NCBI RefSeq assembly: GCF_018977255.1
Contig: NW_024704742.1
Span: forward strand, 74,464,001 to 74,528,000
Source of the DNA: Callorhinchus milii
Lineage: Eukaryota
Length of the DNA: 64,000 nucleotides
Direction of reading: 5' to 3'
A program made the position numbers and the translations under genes. The notes below the pieces were generated by a model that saw nothing but the letters and a program-made list of their open reading frames with translations, had not been told where the DNA came from and ran no database searches. This document shows, piece after piece, positions 51,201-64,000 of the stretch (positions are counted from its first letter, which is position 1; each line of letters begins with the position of its first letter).

Positions 51201-52656
51201 GTGGGATTCCAGGACGCTGTTGCTGACAGCAAAGGCTCATCAGCAGGATTTGAAGGGAGAGACCAGTCGCTGGGGCCAGGGAGACACCCCACTCCTGTTA
51301 ACCCTGCAAGCCAAAACCCTAACAGGTAGGGTGGTCCTAGCTGGACAAGCAGCGGGAAAGCTTGCTAGACAGCTATATCAATGACAAGCGATGCAGTTTT
51401 AGCTGGTTAGACTCAGCAGTACCCCAAAACATAATCTGGGGTCCCCAAGCTCTGGCTCTTATCATCCTGGACCTAATGCTCTCCAGAATTAGGCAAGCAG
51501 TATGCATCCCTCCGGGGAGAGGGCACATTCCATTCCAACAATCTGGAATTTCCATGTGTAGGTGGGATGCATGGAAATCTCAGTTTGGTTTGGATAATCT
51601 TAAGCATTGTGATAGGTTTATGTATGTATCAGAACCCGGCACCATGATTGTTTACATTCAAAATGCTACTTCAAGACATCAAGTAATAATAATAATCCTT
51701 GGATTTGACATAGTGCCTTATCACAACTTTGATACGTCTCAAAGGAGCTGCATGACTTCAGCAAGTTCCTCAAGAATGAACTCCATGACTAAGGAGAGCA
51801 GCTTGGGTGGTGCATGAAGTCCATTATTAGCGATCAGCAAACTGTCTAAGTCCTGGGACAGGGTGAGTTCTACCAGAACAGAGGAGGAAAATTCTGCACT
51901 CCATTCTACTTAGAAAGAGTGATCCAGAGTAGCAGTAGATAAGGTATCCCAGTCATCAAAGCCAGCCATGACAATACCCAGGAAGGTCTTTGGTGATGGG
52001 GATATCTTGGAGATAGACAGTCAGTGGACATAAGACCAAAGTCAGCAGTGAAATGCTGTGGAAAGTAATGCTACATTTTTCACAATGCTATTGTTTAATT
52101 CTTTTTACAAATAATGTCACATTTGTAATATTTCTATTAATCAGCTATTCAATTTCTACTGAGCTAAATGACTCAATTTCATACTGAACATTTTGAATGT
52201 TAATTAGATGTGTTGGAATTTGAGGAGTGTGTACTTGTGTGTGAGTGTGTGTGTGTGTGAGTGTGTGGAGATTTTCACTGTCCGTAGAAATTCCATAGTC
52301 CAGTATTTTCTTTGTCCTTGTTGAATAAAACCGCGATGATGTAAACTCACTGGAGCATGTTAGGGTCTTTTCATTTACAGGTTCTTTGAATCCCACTAAC
52401 ATGCTCCAAACTCCTTTAAAAGACATGTCTGGCCTTACACACCATTTGCAATGGATACCATGGTCCTTTAAGAGTATTTTTTAACAGTGTTTTTTGTACA
52501 TTTGTGACTGTACAAGGCACAGTGTACGGTTGCTCCTTGTATCAGTCCTGTTATTTCCATTAACATTGTCTAAGCACCATCTCCATGCTAGGCTGTGTTT
52601 GGCTACCACTATTCCTACTTGCTGGACAGTCTTATGGGTTTGTGTGCATTCCATGA

Positions 52657-52976
52657 AATAATAATAATAATAATAATCCTTGCATTTGATATAGCGCTTT
52701 TCACATCTTCTAGACATCTCAAAGTGCTTCACAGAATAGACTGTAAAGTGAATTGACTGTATATTTGTGGGCGAAACGCGGCAGCCAATTGTGCACAGCA
52801 ATGTCCCACAAACAGTCGTGGATTGAAAATGACAAATTTATTATTGTTTTGTTTTGGAGGGATTATTATCAGGCGTGTGGAGTAAGGAAACTTGCCCAAG
52901 GTTTCGCCTGCCTGGAATTGACCCCGGGTGTCTGGCTTGCAAGACGAGTAATCTAACCACTGAGCTGCAGGACTCC
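52657..52976 (-). mobile_element. tRNA-SINE copy
   Basis: Homologous to 422-747. Confidence 0.9.
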
Positions 52977-54749
52977 AGTTTCATGTATACTGATGATCCT
53001 TCACTGAAATAAAGACCCATTTCATTTCACTCTTTGAATGGTTGTTTCCTGGAATTTCAAGCACAAGTGAGCATTTTTGTGCTTTCATTTAATCTTACAT
53101 TCTTACTGTGATTTCTCAAAAGACCACTGAAAATATAAGGCACAACAATTCCAGGATAGGAAATAGTATGCAGATTGTAATGTGCAAATTCATTCTTTGG
53201 AGATCAACATGTGCTGCAGGCCTTTATTTATCTTTGTAGCCCTACGTTAGACATAAATTATGATTATTAACCTGCTTTCTGGCAGCCCTGAAATCAAATT
53301 CTCCACATCAGTTGAACGTGTTCAGCCCTCGGGAAATGGTATCCCACATTTCTTCGGTGATATTAAAGTCTGCTTCTACAAGGAAAGTTTACTATATACA
53401 GCAGATTTTAAAAAAGCTCTATTCGCCTTAATCAGTATTAAATTATCCATAATGTTAAAATTATATAGGTATATTCACTCTACTGTGAAATCGTTCAAGA
53501 AGTCATCTAACATGAAAGATTCTATGCCAAATTAAGGATTTTTTAAATTAATAATAATATAATAATCCATACATTTGATAAAGAACCTTATCAAGTTGTC
53601 AAGACATTTCAAAATGATTTACTGTGAAGTGTAGTGGTTGTGTGTTTTGTAGGTGAACGTGGCAACCAATTTGCGCACAGCAATATCCCACAAACAGCCA
53701 TAGAGTGAGTGACTCATTTTATTTGGGAGATTGTTGGCCAGGACTCCGGGAGGAACTCCTTTCTCTTTTTGAATCTTTTTAAACGTCTACCTGGGCAGAC
53801 AAATGGGCATCAGTTTAACTCATGCAAAGGTAATGCATCGATGCAGTCTTTTGTTTTTCTGTAACCTACTTTTGTTTGATAAAATGCTTCATTTCATGTT
53901 CAGAAATACACCCCATCACTGCGCTGGAGTATAACAACATAGAATGTGAGCTTCAAGTCTAAAGGCAGACGCAGGGCTTGAATCTACAACCTCTGACTCC
54001 TCTAGTCTGTTTACAGTGTTTACTGTTTGGCTGATTGATGGCTGGAAACCCAGTGACAGATTGTTGGAATGGAATGTGCACTCTCTCCATGGAGGGACAC
54101 ATCCTACTTACCTAATTCCGGAAAGTATTAGGCACAGGTTGGCAAGAGCCAAGGCTTGGGAACCCCAGAGTGTATTGGGGTAGCTGCTGGAGTCTAACCA
54201 GCTAAAAGCACATCACTTGCCATTGGTAGTGCTGTCTGGCAAGCTTTCCTGCTGCTTGTTCAGCTAGGACCACCCTTCCCGTTAGGGCTTTGGCTTGCAG
54301 GAGCTGAGTGGGATGACTCCCTAACCCCAGTGACTGGTCTGCCTTTCCTGGTCCTGCCGATGAGTCAGACTGGCGGTGCTGTCATCAGCAGTGCCCTGGA
54401 ATAGTGCGGACCTGCCTGGCTCAGGAACCTGACAACCGAGACGGCCACAGAGGGCTGGCTTAATTCCATTGCCAGGCATAATAACAATAAATAATCCTTG
54501 CATTTGATAGAGTCTTCGAGACGTCTCAAAGAGCTTCACAGAATAAACTGTAAAGTGAATTGACTGTATATTATGCCAGTTCAACTCCAAGGAGACCCTG
54601 TTTAATGGTGCCATGGATCTTTAACGTCCACCTGGACAGGCAGATTGGGTTTATTTGAGATTAGGAGTATGTGTATAATTCCAAGTAATTTTTTCCACTG
54701 CCTTCAACTTTTCTTCAACAGCATGGTTTTGCTGCACCAATAGCCCACC

Positions 54750-55110
54750 ACACCGGACGGCGTCTCAGAGCGCTTCACAGTAACGGATCCCGGGGCCAAG
54801 CCGGGGGGAGGGGGAGGAAGGTGACCAAAGGCACGGTCGAAAGGAAAGGTCTTCAGCCGAGACCTGAAAATAGGAAGAGAGGGGGTGAGGTGAAGAGAGA
54901 GAGGAAGGGGGTTCCAGAGCCTCAGGGCATAGTGGCTAAAGGTACGGCCGCTGAGGGTGGAGCGGAGGACTCGGGGGACAAGGAGGAGACCAGACCCTGT
55001 GGAGCGAAGGCAACGGGTACTGTTGTGAGGAGAGAGGAGGTCAGAGAGGTAGGGGGTTGCGGAGGAGTGGAGGGATTTGAAGACAAGGGTGAGGATCAGT
55101 ATATTAAAGC
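54750..55110 (-). mobile_element. L2 3' fragment
   Basis: FNILILTLVFKSLH...LKTFPFDRAF. Confidence 0.8.
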
Positions 55111-55530
55111 AGTTCATTGGAGAGCTGTGCATTGCAAGGTCATCGTCTGTTACAAACTCCAGGCCAGACATTGTGCTATTTCAATTACATTTATAAACGA
55201 AGGTACATAGATGTCTATGACAATAGTGATCCACAGATTAAATGATTTGATCGCACAGCTAACCTCAGCACCTCTGTTAGTTAAATTATTTTACTTCATG
55301 GTCATTTCCAATCTGTCTTTATAATGTGATATACTGTGATTCTGAACAGTTTTTTATTGTAAGACAAACTGAAATAAGAATAAAAAGAGTCACCTTGATG
55401 GTTTCAGACAGCACTGTGTGGACCCCACTATAGAATTGAAGAGCTCCTATGGCATTCGTCGGTTTGGCACTTTATAATAATAATCCTTACATTACACTCC
55501 TAATCAACCAATTCTGGTAATAAATGATGT

Positions 55531-55853
55531 GGAGTCCTGTAGCTCAGTGGTTGGAGCACTCGCTTTGCAAGCGAGAGACCCGAGTTCAATTCCAGGCAGG
55601 GCGAAACCTTGGGCAAGTTTCCTTACTCCACACAGAGCCTAATAATAATCCCTCCAAAACCAAAAACAATAATAAATTAGTCATTTTCAATCCATGACTG
55701 TTTGTGGGACATTGCTGTGCGCAATTGGCTGCCGCGTTCGCCCACAAATATACAGTCAATTCACTTTACAGTGTGTTCTGTGAAGCGCTTTGGGACGTCC
55801 TCCCGACGTGAAAAGCGCTATATCAAATGCAAGGATTATTATTATTATTATTA
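55531..55853 (+). mobile_element. tRNA-SINE, short subfamily
   Basis: Near-identical to 422-747. Confidence 0.92.
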
Positions 55854-56419
55854 TAACAACAAATTACATTTGTAAATGCACATAATCCTTGCATTTAATA
55901 TAGCGTTGGGTCACAACATTTCAAAATGTTTCACAGGATTTACTGTAGAATACAGTGACTATATTTTGTAGGTGAATGCCAATTTGCACATAGCAATGTT
56001 CCATGAACAGCTATGAAGCAAATGACCAATTTTATCTGGAGGATTGTTTGCCAGGTGCTCATTTTTCTTTATGATTAGTAAATTATTACATATGCAAAAA
56101 CTTATACATGGATTATATAATAAAAATTATTATTTAAAATCTACTGCCTTACTTATGAGTTTCAGAATATAAAGAAATATAAAACAGTTAAGTAAAAAAT
56201 ATTTAGAATGTTTAGAATAATTATTTGGTTCTTAACTTTGATTGTTTTGTGCCAGTTGTTGAGAAGTGCATCCTTAATGAAAACATTCAATTAGAAAAGG
56301 AAACACTATTTGGGTTATTAATCAAATCACACACCTAATACATATTTCTGTGTGTGACTTAACTATTTAATAATTACATGTTCTGCTGTTGGCTGATTGG
56401 CCAATGAATAAATAAATTA

Positions 56420-57100
56420 CAACAACAAACAACAACTTGGATTTATACAGCGCCCTCCACGCCGGACAGCTTCTCAGAGCGCTTCACAATAACGGATCCC
56501 GGGGCCGAGTCAGGGGGAGGGGGGGGAAAGTGACCAAAGGCGCGGTCGAAAAGGTCTTCAGCTGAGACCTGAAAATAGGAAGAGCGGGAACGAGACGAAG
56601 GGAGTGAGGAAGGGAGTTCCAGAGCCTCGGGGCATTGTGGCTGAAGGCACGACCGTCGAGGATGGAGCGGAGGACCCGGGGGACAAGGAGGAGGCCGGAC
56701 CTGGTGGAGCGAAGGCAATGGGTACTGTTGTGAGGAAAGAGGAGGTCAGAGAGGTAGGGGGTGCAGAGGAGTGGAGGGATTTGAATGCAAGGGTGAGGAT
56801 CTTGAAGTCGATCCTCTCTGGGACAGGCTGCCAGTGCAGTCTGGCAAGGACTGGGGTAATCGGGGGCGGAGTTTGGTGCGGGTAAGAATGCGGCAGAGTT
56901 CTGGATGACCTGGATTTTATGGATGGTAGTGGAGGGGAGACCAGCGAGGAGGGCATTAAAATAGTCCAGCCGTGAGGTGACAAAGGCATGAACCAGGGAT
57001 TTAGCAGCTTTTGGAGTGAGGTATTTGCAGAGACGGGCGATGCGTCAGAGGTAGAAGAAAGCGGTGTTGGTGAGGGACCGGATGTGGGGGAGGAAGGATA
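56420..57100 (-). mobile_element. L2 3' fragment, same subfamily as 54750-55110
   Basis: ITPVLARLHWQPVPERIDFKIL and a (GTT)n tail. Confidence 0.85.
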
Positions 57101-60100
57101 ATTGGGGGTTGAACGTGACTCACATAGACTATATATAAATTATATTTATGAGTGTGTTCCCCTTCAGTCCCCTGGCTCCTTTCCTCTGGGAGGATCCACA
57201 GGGTAATACGGGGGAAGTGTAAGAGGCAGTCACTTGTCAGGAGAAGAGCCACTTGTAGGCAAGTGTCCCAAGTATTTGGTGCACTCCACATGTGGGTAGG
57301 ATAGTCACTAGTTGGTCAGCTGAATTCAGTTAGTATCTCTGCATCATCCGCTATAAATTATTCCTTTCCTTAATTACAATTTTTTATATCGTTCTTCAGC
57401 CATTTATACGGTTTAGTCCCCATCTATTTGGGGGCAGATAGCACAATGATTAATATTATTTAACTTGCTGACCAGGTTGCATTCATCTGCAGGAGGAATG
57501 ATTTGAAGGTTATGGATCCATAACAGAGCAATTGCTTTTCACATGAAATATGTTTCTGCAACAAATGAACTAGCTTTGCTTAAAATTTCTGGATTTGAAA
57601 ACTGTGTACTCCTTGTTCAAATGTTTGACTCCATAATAAGTTCCCTATTAAACATCTCTGAGAAGCAAAAGCCTTGCATTATTTATTGAGCCAAATTAAA
57701 AATTTATCACTGCATTCAAATGAAAAATTTGCAGTGTCAATTTTTCAATACTGCTCTTGGCTTTAGGAAATGGATTTAATTTTTCTTTGCTTTGTGGAAG
57801 TGAGCTGGTATTTCATTTTCATTATTTTAAATTGAATTATTGAATTAGAATTTTTTTTAATGGGGTGTTAATTGAATTGTTGAGGGATCTGAGAGACAGG
57901 CCTGCAGTATAAACAGTAGCAAATGAAAAACTTTACATATCCTTAACAATGAATACTCTTGCTCACTGGTATCGTATGTGTTTGCAAGACCAAAGTACAC
58001 CACCTGGGACCAGATCACACCAAACGATAATTTGTAGATTTTACTACATTTGGATGAAGTAGAGATTAAATGGAAACAAAAGGGTAGAAACTCTGGTGGA
58101 CAAACTGCAGGTGGAGTAAGGTATTCTGGATGGTGTGGCCAGATTTTTTTTGCTCTGGGGTTTGCTTCAACAAGTACAACTCGATGATAATCACTGGGTG
58201 ACTCGTTGCATATAATAATAATAAAAATAAACATTGTATTTGGTATAGCACCTTCCACGTTGGGAGGACATGCCAAAGCCCTTCACAAGATTTATTGTGA
58301 AGTGGAGGGATGTCCTCTCGATGTGAAAGGCACTAAACAAATATAATTTGTTGTTGTGCATTTGTGGGTACCGTCCAATTACATACAACAGTGTCCCACA
58401 AACATCCATTCAGAGTGAATGACCAAATTTATTGGAGGCTAGGGAATTGGGAAAATGGATGGGTGACTTCCTCCTCCCAATAGCTCAATAGTCAATCTCT
58501 GCAGGAAGCACTACAACTGCATAGTGCGTTGGCATCTAAAGATATTTCAGAGTGCAACATAGATGATGGGACAGTACATAGTAGAGCACTGCTGAGGTGA
58601 GGAGGAAAGAGGACAGGAAACATTACTACAAAGATATCTTATAGAAGAGGTTGTCTCAAGGTGCAGTCTTCCTGGAATGAATAAATGAATGTGTGAGAGG
58701 ATGAAGCCACTGATCTCCATCGCTCAGCCTCCCCTGTACACCATTTTATTTTGGCCAGCCACCATCTGACACATGGGGAAACCCTATCTATACATAAGAG
58801 TATACAGACCAAAACCAGTTCAACAACAAAAAGACCCCAGTTACCTACCACCCCAGTAGGACAGTCACTCATTGGTCATTTGACATCTGACAAGTGCAGG
58901 TTGAGCCCTCACTGGGTGGGTGGCACGTACTAGGAATTCCTTATGAGTTTCCCAGTGCACAACACAGCTCAGCATGAATTTGTGAGAGCATTGCCACCAT
59001 CTTCTTGCCCACAACTCAGACTACACATCCTTTCCTAAGGAGCAATGTTCCAGCAACAATCACAGCCCCTCATCCTGCCCCCTGACCCTGACTGACAACC
59101 AAAAGACATCGCCCATAGCCTGCCCACTGACTGACAGGCAGGGAGAGGGTTGGCGGTGAGAGGGGGGGAGCCAGGTAGCCAGGTTAGCCTGATCAATCTT
59201 CCCCTTGCTCCTCCCACCCCCAATCCTTTGACCGGTGATCTGCCCTGCAACACCAACACAACCATACCTTGTTACAAAGAGCTGTATATATGGTCGTCAT
59301 AGCATTGGCAAATTTTGGGGCCAAAGGCGCTGGAAAATATGGAGGTTTGAGTTCCTTTCCAATGGTTTGCCACAGCTACCGGATCCCAAGAAAACCTGTG
59401 CAAGTTTTTCACAGGAATTTGATACGTACCTTTATGTTCATCATTGTTTTCTACAATCCAAATTGTGTCACATTGTAACCTTCCAGCTGATGCAGCTTTC
59501 TACCCTCATATAAGTGGACATAGAACATAAGAAATAGGAGCAGGTGAAGGCCATTCGGCCCCTCGAACCTGCCCCGACATGTGGAAGTGGCTCGGTTTTG
59601 GTAGCTGCACTGGACAGTATTTTACAATTGATATGCTTAGTTTTACTCTATAGCTTATGTGTTGGAGTTTAGTACAAATAATGTGGTGGAGACGATTTAG
59701 CAGAAGCAATAAGTAAAATTGTTCTTTGGTGCATTGATCGATTCTACCCAGCAGCAGCTGCAGGACTCATCTGCATGTTACAACCTCATGCTGCTGACAG
59801 TTCTCTGTACATGGGCTTTAATTCTCATTAAGTCTGTGGAGAAAAAAGAAATATTCTGAGTACCATGTTTTGTGGTTATTGAGTGCCTCTACCCATATAA
59901 GACTTATGTTTTTCATTGCTTTAATCCTTTCTGTCATTCAAATGGCAACAAATTGAAAGAAAATTCTCCTTTCCATGCTTTTAGCAAATATAATTATTCC
60001 CTTAGCAGGGGATCCTCTAATCCCATAAATTCACAGCCCACTTATGTGCCTGCTTAAACCTTCCTCTATTCCACTGGTTTAGATTTATGTTGTGTGTGAT

Positions 60101-60967
60101 TGTCACTGTTTAGTATGGAGGCTATTTGGGCTCTGTTATCCTGTGGTTAGAACATGTTTGAAATTCTACATTTCCTTTCAGAATGCAAATTGTTTTAGCT
60201 ATTACTAGAATTTCTTCTCAAAACTTTCTACTGGTGAAACAATTGACATATCGACCACAGATCTTAAACAAAAATGTGTCTGCTTGTTTCCCCCCTGCTC
60301 GGGTCATGACCCAACTGTGCAGCGCCTTGGGACGTCCTCCTGACGTGAAAGGCGCTCTATAAATGGAATCTTGTTGTTGTTGTTGTTGTTGTTGTTTGAG
60401 CTGCACATTGATTTTAGTATACATTATAATACATTAGAATATACAGCACAGAAACAGGCCATTTGGCCCAACTGGTCCAACACTGGTCTATGCCGGTGTT
60501 TATGCTCCACATGAGCCTCTTCCTTCTCTTCCTCAACTAAGCCTTCAAGCCAGAATACAGTGAAGTTATTTTGAATATATAGACCTAAAAAGCTATTATT
60601 TAAAATCTATCAAAGTATCATCCATCTGGCCAATCTATCCAGAAATCCACAGCCAATATCCTCTGGTCTATCTATCCAGTCCAGAACTCCACAGCCAAGA
60701 TCCTTTCCTGCACAAAGCTGTATGAGTCCATCACCCCCCTCTCCAGGTGCTACAGGGCTAATATATAGCTCACCACGTGACTGCTTCTGGGTGTTTTTCC
60801 CAATGTTACTGTATATTGTCAATGTAAACAATTGGCGTAATGCAAGATATGTCCCACGTTATGTCTTAATGATATTGAGAAATTTGTGATATAAGGGAGC
60901 AATTTCCCGAGTTATATCATTTTTTTGTGATTGCTAACTCAGCCTTTATAAGACAGAGAAGAAGTTG

Positions 60968-61398
60968 CAACAACAACAACAACAAGATTTCATTTATAGA
61001 GCGCCTTTCACGCCGGGAGGACGTCTCAAGGCGCTGAACAGTTGGGTCAGGACCCGAGCAGGGGGGAAATGGTCAGGGTGAGGGGAGGGAAGGGAGGGAG
61101 CGAGGAGGGTGTAGAGAGTTGAGAGGGGAGCTGAAGGCACAGTCAAAGAGAAAGGTCTTGAGACCGGCCTTGAAGGAGGAAAGGGAGGAAGCAAGGAGAA
61201 GGCACTGGGGGGTGGAGTTCCAGAGCCTAGGGGCTGAGAGGCTGAAGGCCCGGCCACCGATGGTAAGGCGGTTGGGGCGGGGGATGTGGAGCAGACCGGA
61301 GCCAGAGGAACGGAGAGTACAGGCAGGTAAGTAAGGGGATAGTAGGTCGGAGAGGTAGAAGGGAGCAAGGCCGTGAATGGCCTTGTAGGTGAGGATGT
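60968..61398 (-). mobile_element. Young L2 3' fragment, very similar to the 3' end of the 17772-20715 element
   Basis: ILTYKAIHGLAP...FKAGLKTFLFD and a (GTT)n tail. Confidence 0.9.
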
Positions 61399-61559
61399 TA
61401 CCTTGCTCAGCTCCCAGCTTCAGGTCCTTAAACAAGAATGGAAGTTAGAAATTCTGTGCAATTTAATTTAAAAAAATAATAGAATTGGACGTAAGATGTA
61501 AGCGAGTATTGCTCACTCTAAACTCTAATTTGTGGAACCTTGATTAATTCTCAAAATCT

Positions 61560-62185
61560 GCTTTCTTCCATTTCCACAACACTGCCCACCTCCGCCATTA
61601 CCTCACTCTAATACAGACAAAACCCTCCTCCATAATTTTGTCACCTCTAAACTCGGTTTTCCAATGTCCTGCACACTGGCCTTACCAACTGCACTATCTA
61701 CAAACTTTAGAATATTGTAGTCCACAGTCAGTGTTCTCTCCAGCACTAGGCTCTGCGAGCCTATCACCCGTATCCTCCACTGGCTCTCTATCCCCCAGTC
61801 TTTGCGATCCTCGTCTTTATCTTCAAACACCTCCACGGCCTTGTCGCACCCTACATCTGTTATCTCCTGTGTCTGTTCTCCTCCAGATATCACCTATGCT
61901 CTGCCAACTCTGACCTGTTTTATATCCCCATTCTGACACATAATTAAAGGATGAGCTTTCAACCACATTGGCCCCAATCTGTCATTCTCTTGAAAAATCC
62001 CTCCAATGTCTATCCTTTCAAAACGCATCAAAATGAAACATCTCTTTGTGCATGCTTTTTGCATTTCCTCCATACCCAGCTCCCCCACCAGCTCCCTCTC
62101 AACCTGGGCTTCATTCAGCTTCTTTAAAGTGCTTTGAGACATTTTCGCTACATGAAAAGTATTATAGAAGTGCAAATTGTTGTCG
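61560..62185 (+). mobile_element. Old L2 fragment
   Basis: Degenerate ORF2 C-terminus DNA and tail. Confidence 0.65.
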
Positions 62186-63599
62186 CTGCTAACATTTTCC
62201 TTGTGCTTTTGTGCCACTGACCACTTCATTTATTTCTATCTTGTCAATGGATTGTCAATGACAATTCATTACAATTAATAGAATAATTTATAAAATATCT
62301 ATAAAAACAAGTAGAAACTCAGACATTGTGTTGAAATGAAAGATGATTTATTGTGTCTGCCGGTACTTTACAGTTTTTATTGGATACTTTTAAGACTGAG
62401 TATTTCCTCAGCATTTTCAAAGATTCATAGTGTGGAGAAGACAACAACAACAAAATTACATTTGTTTAGTGGGTTTCCTGTGTTAATGACTCAATAGCTA
62501 TCAGCCCTACCATCCATACAATCAATTCACGATTCAAACCTTTCATTGTTTACTAGACCAGCATTAGCAGAAAGATGAAAGCCATCATCAGTTTGCTGCT
62601 TTCACATTTCATGTGATTCTTTTACTTTGCCTTATCTTCCATAAAGTAGATGTTTACTTGAATTCTGCTTTACACTACTATCCCCTATGTTTGGTACATT
62701 TTTTTTGTGGGGTGTAAGTGCTCCAAAACAACCATCTAAGCAGGCATTGATTGCAATATGGCTCAGCGATTGGGCTAATTGCTGGAGGTTAATTGCTTGT
62801 TATAGGAGAGTGCAGATAATAATGTAATAATAATAATTCTTGCATTTGGTATAGCACCTTACCACATCGGAAGGACATCTCAAAGCGCTTCACAGGATTT
62901 AATGTGAAAATGAAGTGACTGTGTATCTGTAGGCAAAATGGCAGCACAATTGTACACAACAAAATACCTATGAAATAAATGACCAGTTTTATTTGGGGGA
63001 TTATTGGACAGGACACCAAGAGACCTTTTCTTTACAAATAGGGCCATGTCCATCTGTCCACTGTAACAAGCAGACAGGACTTTTCAAAAGGGCCCTAAGA
63101 AGCCCCTCTGCTACATCCCCAGGAGCTTGGATACATAAAGTAGTACAGTTTGCACACAAGTCTTGTATGGCACAAACTTGACTTGCATTGGGACCTTGAT
63201 GTTCTTGAAGAGAAATGAGCCTGACCAGAGTGTCCTTCACCCCTTCTCTGTGTGGTTCCCCAGGACAGTGTCCAAGCAAAGGTTGGTGTCCACCCCCCGA
63301 CCTCCCCGGCCAGATACCAATAAGAATCAACAATTGGGACTGATGCTTCTTGTATCAATAAATTCCCTCGATGTCTTCTCTTGAGCTGCGCAGAACCATG
63401 ATTTCACACCTGGGGGCGTCTTGTAAGAGATTCGGAGGAGACTACCAAAATAGTGGTGCAATGAAAAGAAATTTTATTCGGCCAACAAGTACAAAGTTAA
63501 TCTACACAAAGAATAAAGCGGTAGTTTTACCGAGAAAACTGTATTATCCAGTTCCTCTGGGAAGCGAGTTGACCCTGTTCATTTCTTTACTTGCCTTGC

Positions 63600-64000
63600 T
63601 TCAACTGCACTTATATTGTGCCCCCATGCAGGGGTAGCATCTCATAGCGCTTAACAGTGGCGGAGCCTGACTCCGAGCCGGGGGGAAGGAGGAGGTGACC
63701 ATAAGCACGGTTGAAGAGGCAACCTTTCTGGCGGGACTTGAAAAAGGGGAGAGAAGGGGGCAAGGCAGAGGAGGGATTGAGGGAGAGTGTTCCAGAGTTT
63801 TGGGGTGTAGTGGCTGAAAGCACAACCTCCGATGGTGGGGTGGAGGGTGCGAGCAGGAGGCCAGTGCCAGTCGAGCGGAGGCACCGGGTGTGGATTGGGG
63901 AGTGAGGAGGTCGGAGAGGTAGGGAGGTGCCAGAGAGTGAATGGATTTGAACATGAGTGTGAAGATCTTGAAGTCGATCCGTTGAGTGAGGGGGAACCAG
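63600..64000 (-). mobile_element. L2 3' fragment running off the window
   Basis: FKSIHSLAPPYLSDLL, IGGCAFSH. Confidence 0.8.

Noticed and set aside
57857..58276. 139 aa ORF with LTPPAVCPPEFLPF, faintly ODAPH-like
   Set aside because: It starts inside repeat-tail DNA, I saw no splice or promoter support, and the similarity is at chance level.

Overview
Vertebrate genomic DNA. The repeats (tRNA-derived SINEs with L2 tails, Deu-domain SINEs, CR1 and L2 LINEs) suggest a cartilaginous fish, probably a chimaera; this is inferred from repeat families. Two genes are supported. (1) The last six coding exons of CDKL2 lie on the + strand (2140-10351); the kinase domain is upstream of the window. (2) A convergent two-exon gene lies on the - strand (CDS 38557-38488 joined to 33567-31857). 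It has a TATA/CCAAT promoter, a signal-peptide exon, a phase-1 intron, a roughly 1.55 kb 3'UTR with no recognisable repeats, and a double AATAAA. It encodes a secreted protein of about 593 aa dominated by Tyr/Gly/Asn/Gln/Asp-rich YDPYG repeats, and the frame is broken by a single 1-nt frameshift in a GGG run (33350-33352). Position, orientation, exon structure and weak terminal motifs match the mammalian enamel gene ODAPH (C4orf26), making it a candidate chondrichthyan ODAPH-like gene with a large lineage-specific repeat expansion. The rest is mostly transposon debris, a tRNA-Glu pseudogene, microsatellites, an unclassified 0.8 kb repeat family and a highly self-complementary 400 bp element. 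All family and homologue assignments are from recall, not searches.
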